64,000 nt of DNA from Candidatus Poribacteria bacterium (GTDB lineage Bacteria; Poribacteria; WGA-4E; PCPOR2b), in the NCBI GenBank assembly GCA_021295755.1, contig JAGWBT010000002.1, positions 7,256 to 71,255 of the forward strand. Reading direction: 5' to 3'. The notes under the pieces are model-generated. The model did not search any database and was not told the DNA's origin. It was given only the letters and a program-made list of their open reading frames with translations. How positions within the stretch are numbered: the first letter of the stretch is position 1; each line of letters begins with the position of its first letter. Below, piece after piece: positions 39,892-48,513 of the stretch. Both the position numbers and the translations under genes were made by a program.

Positions 39892-42129
39892 ATGATTTAT
39901 CATTTTAACAGAATACCTACAACGTCAAGGTGTGGAAAATCTTTTCTTATTTTGTCTATGTGCTGTCTGTTGTTTCCGTTCATTGTGAATGCAGATGCGG
40001 ACTCTATGGAATACCGCGCTGAAGCATATCGAACATATCAGAGCATTGAGATTGACGGAGAATTCAACGAGGAAGACTGGCAGAATGCAAAAACTATCAC
40101 TCGACTCATCCAATATGAACCTGTCGAGGGAGAGTTAATTTCGCAACCTACAGAGATACGCATTCTTTATGACGCGAAGGAAATCTACTTTGGATTTACC
40201 TGTTTTGACGACGATATTTCCAAAATGGTTGCCAATGAGATGCGCCGCGATGGCAGTGGTCAGGACGGATTGCGTGAAAATGACCATGTCTCTATCCTTC
40301 TGGATACCTATAACGATCGGCGCAATGGATTTTACTTCCGTGTCAATCCGCTAGGAGCAAAGGAAGACATCGCTTTAATAAACAGCGGAGAGAGTCGAAA
40401 TCAGGCTTGGGATGCGATCTGGGAATGTCGGACCAAAATCAATGATAACCATTGGACAGCAGAGATAGGTATTCCTTTCAGCCAACTTCGTTTCAGTAAG
40501 AGTGACGATATGACATGGGGGCTGAATTTGGGACGAAGCCTTATGCGCGACCAAGAGGACGCAACATGGGCACCGCTTTCCAAAGCGCATGGATTCTTTG
40601 CGAGATACCGCACTGATGTTATTGGTGATTTGGTCGGGTTGCAAGGGATTACTCCCCCTCGGAATCTGGAACTGCTGCCCTATGTCTTGCCGGGGGTGAA
40701 TCGTATTGAAGCCGAAAAGACAACTGATGGAGTATTCGACATCGGCTTGGACCTTAAGTACGGTGTGACCTCCAATCTGACAGCGGACCTGACGTTTAAC
40801 ACCGATTTTGCGCAAGTCGAGGCGGATCAGGAGCAGGTCAACCTCACCCGTTTCAGCCTGTTTTTCCCGGAGAAGCGTCCCTTCTTCCTAGAAGGTGCGG
40901 GGCTGTTTGATTTCGGCATTCCCCGCACTAGCTTCCGCCGTCCGCCGCCGCTGCTTCTGTTTTATAGCCGCCGCATCGGTCTTGAGGAGGGACGTGCCAT
41001 CCCGATTATCGGTGGGGGCAAGATTACAGGCAAAGCAGGGCCTTACGGCATCGGTATGCTGAATGTGTTCACGAATAAATTGCTTGATGAGACCGATCCT
41101 GAGGAGATTATTGATGTGCAGCGCACCAATTATTCCGTGTTGAGGTTGACGCGGGATGTTTTCAGTACCTCTCGGATTGGATTAATTGGCATCAACAAGC
41201 AAGATACTGACACATACAACCGGGCAAGCGGACTTGACTTCACATATCGTCCAACCGATAGCCTTGATGTACGTGGCCTCTGGGCTCGCACATTTGAAGC
41301 GGATGTCTCCGGTCAGAACAACGCTTTGTACCTCGGCAGCACTTGGCGAAACAGGGATCTTCGCTTGGAGGGTTCATATATGGACATCGGTGAGAACTTT
41401 AACCCCGAGGTCGGATTTATCCGGCGAGAGGGAATCCGCCGAATCAATAGTCAAATCCGTTATAGTCCCCGGCTCGGCAAATTTGGGATTCGCCAAATCT
41501 ATACAGGACCGGAGTTTGATTTTATCCTCAATCAAGACAACCAACTGGAAACTCAAGAAATCACATTGACCAACTATTTTCGGTTTGAAAGCGGTGCCTA
41601 CATTGGGTTTCTACCTAAACGAACCACTGAACACCTTGATGAGGATTTTGAAATCCGAGATGGGATTACTATCCCTCCGGGCGAATACAGCTTCACTGAA
41701 ATGATGATTAGAGGTTCCACCGATGATACGAAAGCCCTCGCAGGGCAGTATAGTGTGAATTTTGGTAACTTCTACAATGGAAGCAGGTGGGGATTTACCC
41801 TCGACGCGAGCTTCAAACCGAACGGGCGTTTGAATGTTGAACCTATATTTCAGTTTAACCGTGTTACGCTTCCCCAAGAGGCATTTAATGCAAGCATTTT
41901 TGGTGCCCGTGTCGGCTACTCCTTTTCGACAACGCTTTTTGCAAAGATATTCGCCCAATGGAGCAGCGACGATGACATAATCGCTACCAATGTTCTGCTG
42001 AATTACATCTACCGTCCTGGTAGTGATTTTTATCTCGTTTTCAACCAGATTTATAATACTGGCGGTACAAAAACAGCACTTGACGAATCCACAGTTGTTG
42101 CAAAAATGACTTACTGGTGGAACCCGTAA
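39892..42129 (+). CDS. DUF5916-like outer-membrane protein with N-terminal CBM9-like domain (paralog 2)
   Basis: The ATG at 39892 follows AAAGGAAA. Domain order and motifs match paralog 1 (EYRAEAYRTYQSIEIDGEFNEEDWQNA...TYWWNP). Confidence 0.75.
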   Translation: MIYHFNRIPTTSRCGKSFLILSMCCLLFPFIVNADADSMEYRAEAYRTYQSIEIDGEFNEEDWQNAKTITRLIQYEPVEGELISQPTEIRILYDAKEIYFGFTCFDDDISKMVANEMRRDGSGQDGLRENDHVSILLDTYNDRRNGFYFRVNPLGAKEDIALINSGESRNQAWDAIWECRTKINDNHWTAEIGIPFSQLRFSKSDDMTWGLNLGRSLMRDQEDATWAPLSKAHGFFARYRTDVIGDLVGLQGITPPRNLELLPYVLPGVNRIEAEKTTDGVFDIGLDLKYGVTSNLTADLTFNTDFAQVEADQEQVNLTRFSLFFPEKRPFFLEGAGLFDFGIPRTSFRRPPPLLLFYSRRIGLEEGRAIPIIGGGKITGKAGPYGIGMLNVFTNKLLDETDPEEIIDVQRTNYSVLRLTRDVFSTSRIGLIGINKQDTDTYNRASGLDFTYRPTDSLDVRGLWARTFEADVSGQNNALYLGSTWRNRDLRLEGSYMDIGENFNPEVGFIRREGIRRINSQIRYSPRLGKFGIRQIYTGPEFDFILNQDNQLETQEITLTNYFRFESGAYIGFLPKRTTEHLDEDFEIRDGITIPPGEYSFTEMMIRGSTDDTKALAGQYSVNFGNFYNGSRWGFTLDASFKPNGRLNVEPIFQFNRVTLPQEAFNASIFGARVGYSFSTTLFAKIFAQWSSDDDIIATNVLLNYIYRPGSDFYLVFNQIYNTGGTKTALDESTVVAKMTYWWNP

Positions 42130-42269
42130 ACTTGAAACGTAAAATGTGAAACGTATGATCAGTATACTGCATTCCCCCGATTCAATCGGGGAGACGACTG
42201 ATATACTCGCATTGCCACAGATCCTTACCTTAGAATCAATTCCGGAGCCATTTTGAAAGGAGACCGTTT

Positions 42270-44519
42270 GTGATTTATCACCTCAATTTTTGGTATCAGT
42301 TGTCAAGTGGTAGTATTCTGCGACATGGAAAATGTTTTTTTCTGTTAGCTATCTGCTATTTGGTATTTCCATTCGCTGTGGGTGCTGACCCTGGTCCCGT
42401 AGAGTACAAGATTGAAGCATACCGAACGTTTCAGAGCATTGAAGTTGATGGTGATTTCAATGAATCTGATTGGCAGCACGCGAGTCCGATTGATCGGTTT
42501 TTCCAAATTGAGCCCGATGAAGGCGAGTCGATAAGCGAACCGATGGAAGTCCGCATCCTGTACGATGACAAGAATATCTACTTCGGTTTTACCTGTTTTG
42601 AATCACAGATGTCAAAACTGGTTGCCAACGACATGCGTCATGACGCACAAGATCTACATGAAAATGACAATGTCTTTCTGATATTAGACACTTATAACGA
42701 TCAGCGCAACGGGTTTTCCTTCCGCATCAATCCGCTGGGGGCATACCAAGACAGAGCTGTAACGAATGGTGGAGACAGCTTGAATCGGAGTTGGGATGCG
42801 GTTGTCGCATGTCAGGCGAAGATCAATGGGGACCACTGGACAGCCGAACTCGGCATCCCGTTCAGCCAACTCCGTTTTGATAAAAGTGACAGGATGACTT
42901 GGGGGATGAATGTAGGACGGGGAGTTCGTAAGAACAATGAGGAAGCGATATGGGTGCCGGTGCCGAGACAGTATGGAGGGATGGCGAAATACCGCCTCGG
43001 CAACCTCGGCAGCCTTACTGGTTTAGAAGGGATTGCCCCATCTCGTCGCCTGGAACTGCTGCCTTATGTCTTGCCGGGGATGAGCCGTACCGAAGAAAAT
43101 GAGGACACCGATGGAGTATTTGATATCGGCTTGGACCTCAAGTACGGTATCAACTCTAATCTTACTGCGGATTTGACCTTTAACACCGACTTTGCCCAGG
43201 TTGAAGCTGATGAAGAACAGGTCAACCTCACCCGTTTTAGCCTATTCTTTCCTGAGAAGCGTCCCTTTTTCTTAGAAGGGGCGGGGTTATTTGATTTTGG
43301 TATTGGTCGCAGTAGTTTCCGCCGTCCGCCGCCGCTGCTTCTGTTTTATAGCCGCCGCATCGGTCTTGAGGAGGGACGCGCCATCCCGATTATTACAGGG
43401 GGTAAGATCACCGGCAAAATGGGACCTTACGGCGTCGGTATGCTGAATGTGTTGACAAATGAATTTCACGATGATACAGATCCGGAGGAAATTGTTGATG
43501 TGTCACGCACCAATTACTCCGTGTTGAGGTTGACGCGAGACCTGTTCAGCGGCTCACGTGTCGGATTAATCGGGATCAATAAGCAAGATGGAGATGCCTA
43601 CAATCGTGCTGGCGGATTCGATTTTTCATACCGTCCGGCAGACAATTTCGATGTGCGCGGACTGTGGGCGTATACTTCCGATTCGGATGAGGAAGATGGG
43701 AGCGATAATGCGTGGTATGTCGGCAGCACTTGGCGGAATGACTTACTTCGAGTAGGTGGTTCATACACGGACATCGGTGAGGACTTCAACCCTGAAGTTG
43801 GATACATCCGGCGGGAGGGCATGCGTCAAATCCGGAGTGACCTGCGTTTTACCCCTTGGCCCAGAAAGTTTGGGATTCGCCGCATCTGGACGGGTCCGGA
43901 ATTTGATCTTGTCCTCAATCGGGACGGTGACTTAGAGACCCGCTCCATCCGCTACAGCAACTGGTTTGAACTGGAAAGAGGTGGTCGCTTACAATTTGAG
44001 GTGCGGCAGACTGCTGAACACCTTGAGGAAGATTTTGAAATCCGAGATGATGTCATCATACCCATTGATGAGTATAGTTTTACATCAGCTAGGGCAGGGA
44101 TTCAGACCGATGAAAGTAAAATGCTTGCTGCGGAATTTGATGTGGATTTTGGTGAGTTCTACAATGGTAATAGGCGCGGCTTTGACATCGGGGCGACCTT
44201 CAAGCCGAGCGGACGTTTCGCCCTTGAATCCCAATATCAATTTAACCGGGTAACCCTCCCTGGGGAAGACCCCTTCAATGTAAATGTGTTTGGAGGTCGC
44301 TTCGCCTATTCCTTCTCGACCCAACTCTTTGCGAAACTGTTCGCCCAGTGGAACAGCGACGATAATGTGGTTTCCACCAACTTTCTGCTCAACTATATCT
44401 ATCGCCCCGGCAGTGACTTCTACCTTGTTTTTAACCAGATTTATGACGGCAACGGTGGAGGCGCCAATCTTGAGGAATCCACACTTGTTGGAAAGCTAAC
44501 GTATTGGTGGAATCCGTAA
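42270..44519 (+). CDS. DUF5916-like outer-membrane protein with N-terminal CBM9-like domain (paralog 3)
   Basis: GTG start after AAAGGAGA. EYKIEAYRTFQSIEVDGDFNESDWQHA...LTYWWNP. It shares a roughly 77-nt near-identical tract with paralog 2. Confidence 0.75.
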   Translation: MIYHLNFWYQLSSGSILRHGKCFFLLAICYLVFPFAVGADPGPVEYKIEAYRTFQSIEVDGDFNESDWQHASPIDRFFQIEPDEGESISEPMEVRILYDDKNIYFGFTCFESQMSKLVANDMRHDAQDLHENDNVFLILDTYNDQRNGFSFRINPLGAYQDRAVTNGGDSLNRSWDAVVACQAKINGDHWTAELGIPFSQLRFDKSDRMTWGMNVGRGVRKNNEEAIWVPVPRQYGGMAKYRLGNLGSLTGLEGIAPSRRLELLPYVLPGMSRTEENEDTDGVFDIGLDLKYGINSNLTADLTFNTDFAQVEADEEQVNLTRFSLFFPEKRPFFLEGAGLFDFGIGRSSFRRPPPLLLFYSRRIGLEEGRAIPIITGGKITGKMGPYGVGMLNVLTNEFHDDTDPEEIVDVSRTNYSVLRLTRDLFSGSRVGLIGINKQDGDAYNRAGGFDFSYRPADNFDVRGLWAYTSDSDEEDGSDNAWYVGSTWRNDLLRVGGSYTDIGEDFNPEVGYIRREGMRQIRSDLRFTPWPRKFGIRRIWTGPEFDLVLNRDGDLETRSIRYSNWFELERGGRLQFEVRQTAEHLEEDFEIRDDVIIPIDEYSFTSARAGIQTDESKMLAAEFDVDFGEFYNGNRRGFDIGATFKPSGRFALESQYQFNRVTLPGEDPFNVNVFGGRFAYSFSTQLFAKLFAQWNSDDNVVSTNFLLNYIYRPGSDFYLVFNQIYDGNGGGANLEESTLVGKLTYWWNP

Positions 44520-44582
44520 ATTGGTACATTAATGAACGGATGTACTAATGAACTAACATATTTCGAGAAAGGAGCATTACCT

Positions 44583-45518
44583 ATGAATCAAGAAACAGTT
44601 TGGTTACTTTCAGAAACGGGCATATTAGATTTCAACGGCGAACCGATTCACGATGCTCCATTTCAGCCTGCATCGGTCATTGCGGGAGATGTGGGGCAAG
44701 ATCGGTTATCTGTTATTGCCAACGACCATGAGGTTTGGACGTATGCTTCGGGGGTATGGGATCAGCAGGTTTCAACGGATATCACCCTGAACTGCGTGTG
44801 TTGGACGTCCGACGATCGGCTACTCGTGGGTACGGAGCGCGCTCGGCTCGCATGGGTTGCCGATGGCGAGTTGAATTTTATCGACGGTTTTGACGCTGTG
44901 CCGGAACGCAGGCTGTGGAAAACGCCGTGGGGTGGACCTCCGGATGTACGCTCTTTGGCTGTCTCCACAGACGGAACCATCTACGCGAACATTCATGTCG
45001 GTTGGGTTGTCCGCTCGCGTGACGGTGGAAAGACGTGGGAAAATCTTCAGGAAGGGTTGGAGATGGATGTGCATCAGGTCGCTACGCACCCAACCGATCC
45101 GGCAACCGTCTTCGCTGCGACCGCTCACGGGTTCTATCTCAGTAGAGATTATGGTGATACGTTTGCGCACCAGCGGAGTGGTATGCCCTACTATTATCAA
45201 CGGGCATGCGCTTGCTTTCCTGAAAGTGATGTATATCTAGTTTCCACCTCACGAGGTCCCCACAGCAGGGTAGATGCCCAACTTTATCGAAGCGATGACG
45301 CAGGCGAAAACTGGACGTTGGTCACTGGTCTACCGGAACAGATCGGTGAGAATATTGACACCTTTCAGATTATTACCTTTGGTAAGGCGAACGCGCTGGT
45401 TGTTGTGGACGACACCACGCTGTACCAGACCGACGACTACGGGCTAAATTGGCAAAAGGTAGCCGATTATCCGAGGTTGTTCGGTGGACTCGTCGTTCAA
45501 ATGCCGCAAGCGGCTTGA
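44583..45518 (+). CDS. BNR/Asp-box-like beta-propeller protein (Ycf48/sialidase-like fold)
   Basis: Degenerate Asp-box repeats (SRDGGKTW, SRDYGDTF, SDDAGENW, TDDYGLNW). The ATG at 44583 follows AAAGGAG. No signal peptide. Confidence 0.65.
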   Translation: MNQETVWLLSETGILDFNGEPIHDAPFQPASVIAGDVGQDRLSVIANDHEVWTYASGVWDQQVSTDITLNCVCWTSDDRLLVGTERARLAWVADGELNFIDGFDAVPERRLWKTPWGGPPDVRSLAVSTDGTIYANIHVGWVVRSRDGGKTWENLQEGLEMDVHQVATHPTDPATVFAATAHGFYLSRDYGDTFAHQRSGMPYYYQRACACFPESDVYLVSTSRGPHSRVDAQLYRSDDAGENWTLVTGLPEQIGENIDTFQIITFGKANALVVVDDTTLYQTDDYGLNWQKVADYPRLFGGLVVQMPQAA

Positions 45519-45577
45519 GATTTCGGTTTTCTTTTACTTAGCAGCTACAAATCTACCCGTAGGAGAAAGTAATACCA

Positions 45578-47887
45578 TTGGCATATCAAGAGATGTTAGA
45601 TACATTACCCACCTCAATAGAAACAGCTTTAAAGGCAGCGAACATTTCTTTAGACAAGGTAAGATTCGCCGCACAGAGTGATCTCAATCCCGACGGTCTG
45701 TTCGGTGAAAGCTGGTTCGTCCTGACCGATACAGAGATCTTGGCACTTGATGCGGGAGGCGTTGTTCTCCATCGCGTGCTATATAGCGAAGTGGTAGAAG
45801 TGCGTTCGGAAGCAGTTGTTGACGGAGGAATTCTCGTTCTGGAGATGATGGGAGATGCCCTGGATCTCATCCGTTACTCAAACGGTCTGATGCCGAAGTT
45901 TGGGTATATAGCGAAATTTCTCAGTGAAGAGATCGAGCACCGTCAAGGGAAACGCGACGAAGCACCGATGTGGGAGTACGAAGAGGAGCAGAAGTTCTGC
46001 AAGGCGTGTGGCTTGCCGCTTCCCGATGTGTTTTTGCCGTGTCCAGCGTGCACCAAGAAGCATCGTGTTATGTTGCGCATTCTCTCCTATCTCAAGCCAC
46101 ATAAAAAGCGCGCGGCTGTGGTGGTGTTGCTCATGCTTGTCTCAACACTGATTGCGCTCATGCCGCCCTATTTTACAAAGATTCTCATTGATGATGTGTT
46201 GAAGCTAAACGAAGACCTCGCAGCAGCGCAAGGTGCTGCAAAAACGGCGGTGAGTCAATTCTTTCGGTCGTTTGAGACAGCAGCACTTGCCTTGACGGTT
46301 GCCGTCGGTTGTCTCGTGGTAGCACATATCCTCACCCATATCCTCGATATTTTTCGTGGGCGTTTGGCTGCGTGGTTGACCTTCCGCATGATAGCAGACA
46401 TCCGTGACCAGATTTATGAGCGATTGCACGGGCTTTCGCTTCGGTTCTTCGATAAGCGCAAGACAGGGACCGTTATCTCCCATATCACAGAGGATAGTAC
46501 GCGCCTACAGTGGTTTCTGTTAGATGGGCTTCAGTTCCTCGTTATTGACCTGTTGATGCTTCTTGGCATTGGTGCTTTCCTATTTTCGATGAACTGGAGA
46601 TTGGCGTGCTTTATCCTAATTCCAATCCCGTTGGTAGTCCTTGGCGCGAGGTGGTTCTGGAAGAAGGTTCGTGGACTCTGGCATCGGGCGTGGCGGCGAA
46701 GATCGAAGATGTACGATATTGTGAACGACTCGGTCTCCGGTATCCGTGTTGTTCGGGCATTCGGTCAGCAGAAGAGTGAAGTTGGACGGTTTTCCTATAC
46801 GAACGAAGATGCCCGCAATTACGACACGGTTGCCGAAAAGGTTTGGGCAACCTATTATCCGTTGCTGCAGTTTGCTGTTCAGTTAGGAACGATTATCGTC
46901 TGGTATGCTGGAGGATTGCAGATTCTCATCGACGGAATGACGTTCGGTACGTTGATGGCGTTTCACTTTTATTTGGCGATGTTTTACGGACCGTTACGAC
47001 ATCTGAGTCCAATGGTTAACTGGGCGTCGCGGGCAATGACAGCAGCGGAACGGATCTTTGAGGTCATCGACTCTGAGCCAGAGCAATTAGATGACACTAG
47101 GCTCGTCTCGAAATCAAAACTCCAAGGAGAGGTCAAATTCCACAATATGACCTTCGGTTATGATTCGCATAAGCCTGTCCTCCGAGATATCAATCTCCAC
47201 GTCAAACCGGGTGAGATGATCGGCTTAGTTGGGCATTCTGGGGCAGGAAAATCGACACTAATTAATCTCATTTGCCGGTTTTACATGCCGGATTCAGGGA
47301 GTCTCACCATTGATGGTATAGATATAACGGAAATTCGCCTTGAGGACCTGCGGCAACAGATTGGTGTCGTGCTCCAAGAGCCGTACCTTTTCAATGGGAC
47401 CATTGCGGAGAACATCGCCTACGCAAAACCGGGCGCGGGGATGGAAGCAGTCATTACCGCCGCAAAAGCTGCCAACGCCCATGAGTTCATTGTGAAGTTT
47501 CCTGATGGATATGACACGGAGGTTGGTGAACGGGGTGGTAGGCTGTCCGGCGGAGAACGGCAGCGAATATCAATTGCACGGGCAATCCTACACAATCCGC
47601 GCATCCTGATTCTCGATGAAGCGACCTCGTCGGTTGACGTTCAGACGGAGCGCAAAATCCAGCAGGCGATTGATCGACTTGTGCAAAACCGTACCACCTT
47701 TGCCATTGCCCATCGGCTCTCCACCCTGCGGAACGCAGACCGCCTCTTTGTTATAGACAAGGGCCGAGGTGTCGAATGTGGGTCACATGAAGAATTGATG
47801 GAGAAGAAGGGAATTTACTACAACCTCGTCGAGACACAGCGGCAAGCTTCCGAACTTCGCGCAGAGGCACAGATTGTCAAGGGATAA
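45578..47887 (+). CDS. ABC transporter, fused permease/ATP-binding protein (exporter type) with ~170-aa N-terminal extension containing a zinc ribbon
   Basis: Six-TM exporter domain plus an NBD with Walker A GHSGAGKST, signature LSGGERQRISIAR and Walker B ILILDEATS. The N-terminal extension (aa 1-170) contains CKACG...CPAC. The TTG at 45578 or the ATG at 45593 could be the start. Confidence 0.85.
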   Translation: MAYQEMLDTLPTSIETALKAANISLDKVRFAAQSDLNPDGLFGESWFVLTDTEILALDAGGVVLHRVLYSEVVEVRSEAVVDGGILVLEMMGDALDLIRYSNGLMPKFGYIAKFLSEEIEHRQGKRDEAPMWEYEEEQKFCKACGLPLPDVFLPCPACTKKHRVMLRILSYLKPHKKRAAVVVLLMLVSTLIALMPPYFTKILIDDVLKLNEDLAAAQGAAKTAVSQFFRSFETAALALTVAVGCLVVAHILTHILDIFRGRLAAWLTFRMIADIRDQIYERLHGLSLRFFDKRKTGTVISHITEDSTRLQWFLLDGLQFLVIDLLMLLGIGAFLFSMNWRLACFILIPIPLVVLGARWFWKKVRGLWHRAWRRRSKMYDIVNDSVSGIRVVRAFGQQKSEVGRFSYTNEDARNYDTVAEKVWATYYPLLQFAVQLGTIIVWYAGGLQILIDGMTFGTLMAFHFYLAMFYGPLRHLSPMVNWASRAMTAAERIFEVIDSEPEQLDDTRLVSKSKLQGEVKFHNMTFGYDSHKPVLRDINLHVKPGEMIGLVGHSGAGKSTLINLICRFYMPDSGSLTIDGIDITEIRLEDLRQQIGVVLQEPYLFNGTIAENIAYAKPGAGMEAVITAAKAANAHEFIVKFPDGYDTEVGERGGRLSGGERQRISIARAILHNPRILILDEATSSVDVQTERKIQQAIDRLVQNRTTFAIAHRLSTLRNADRLFVIDKGRGVECGSHEELMEKKGIYYNLVETQRQASELRAEAQIVKG

Positions 47888-47889
47888 AC

Positions 47890-48465
47890 ATGAACACAGA
47901 AAAAGAAAAGATGTCTAAGGGTATCGCCGCCTTGGAATCGGGGCCTCCACTCCCACTCTCGCTTGACGATGATGATTTCACGCCGAGATATTTGGATCCG
48001 GAGAAGATACGCCTATTTCGGTCACCGATGGGAACTCCGCGTCTGGAGATCCTAGAAGAGGTCTGCTACACTCGTGTGGCGGTGCGCCGCATCCTCCCGT
48101 TGAGCGACCCCAATCGTTATATCTCGCTTGGGATTGGAGAGGAGGTAGAAATCGGTATCATTGAAGACCCATCACGACTCGACTCCGAAAGTCTCGAAAT
48201 CCTGCGCGAGGAGCTCGATAAACGATACTTCACACCTATCATACAGAAGGTTTACCGCGTCAAGGAGCGATTCGGCATCCATGACTGGGAGGTTGAAACA
48301 TCGCGTGGACGAATCACGTTCTCTGTGCAGGGGCTTCATCAGAACGTTAGACATTTTCCACCTGCGCGACTGCTTGTAACAGATGTCCGTGGGAATCGGT
48401 ACGATATTCCAGACTATCACAGACTCGATTCAAACAGTTTTAATCAAATTCAGCGACATCTGTAG
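47890..48465 (+). CDS. DUF1854 domain protein
   Basis: 191 aa starting 3 nt after the ABC transporter stop. The assignment to DUF1854, a family often encoded next to ABC transporters, is from memory and carries moderate confidence. Confidence 0.5.
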   Translation: MNTEKEKMSKGIAALESGPPLPLSLDDDDFTPRYLDPEKIRLFRSPMGTPRLEILEEVCYTRVAVRRILPLSDPNRYISLGIGEEVEIGIIEDPSRLDSESLEILREELDKRYFTPIIQKVYRVKERFGIHDWEVETSRGRITFSVQGLHQNVRHFPPARLLVTDVRGNRYDIPDYHRLDSNSFNQIQRHL

Positions 48466-48513
48466 GTTGGTCCAGTGATTACTAATTTGAACAATCAAGA
48501 CGGGAGACAAGCA

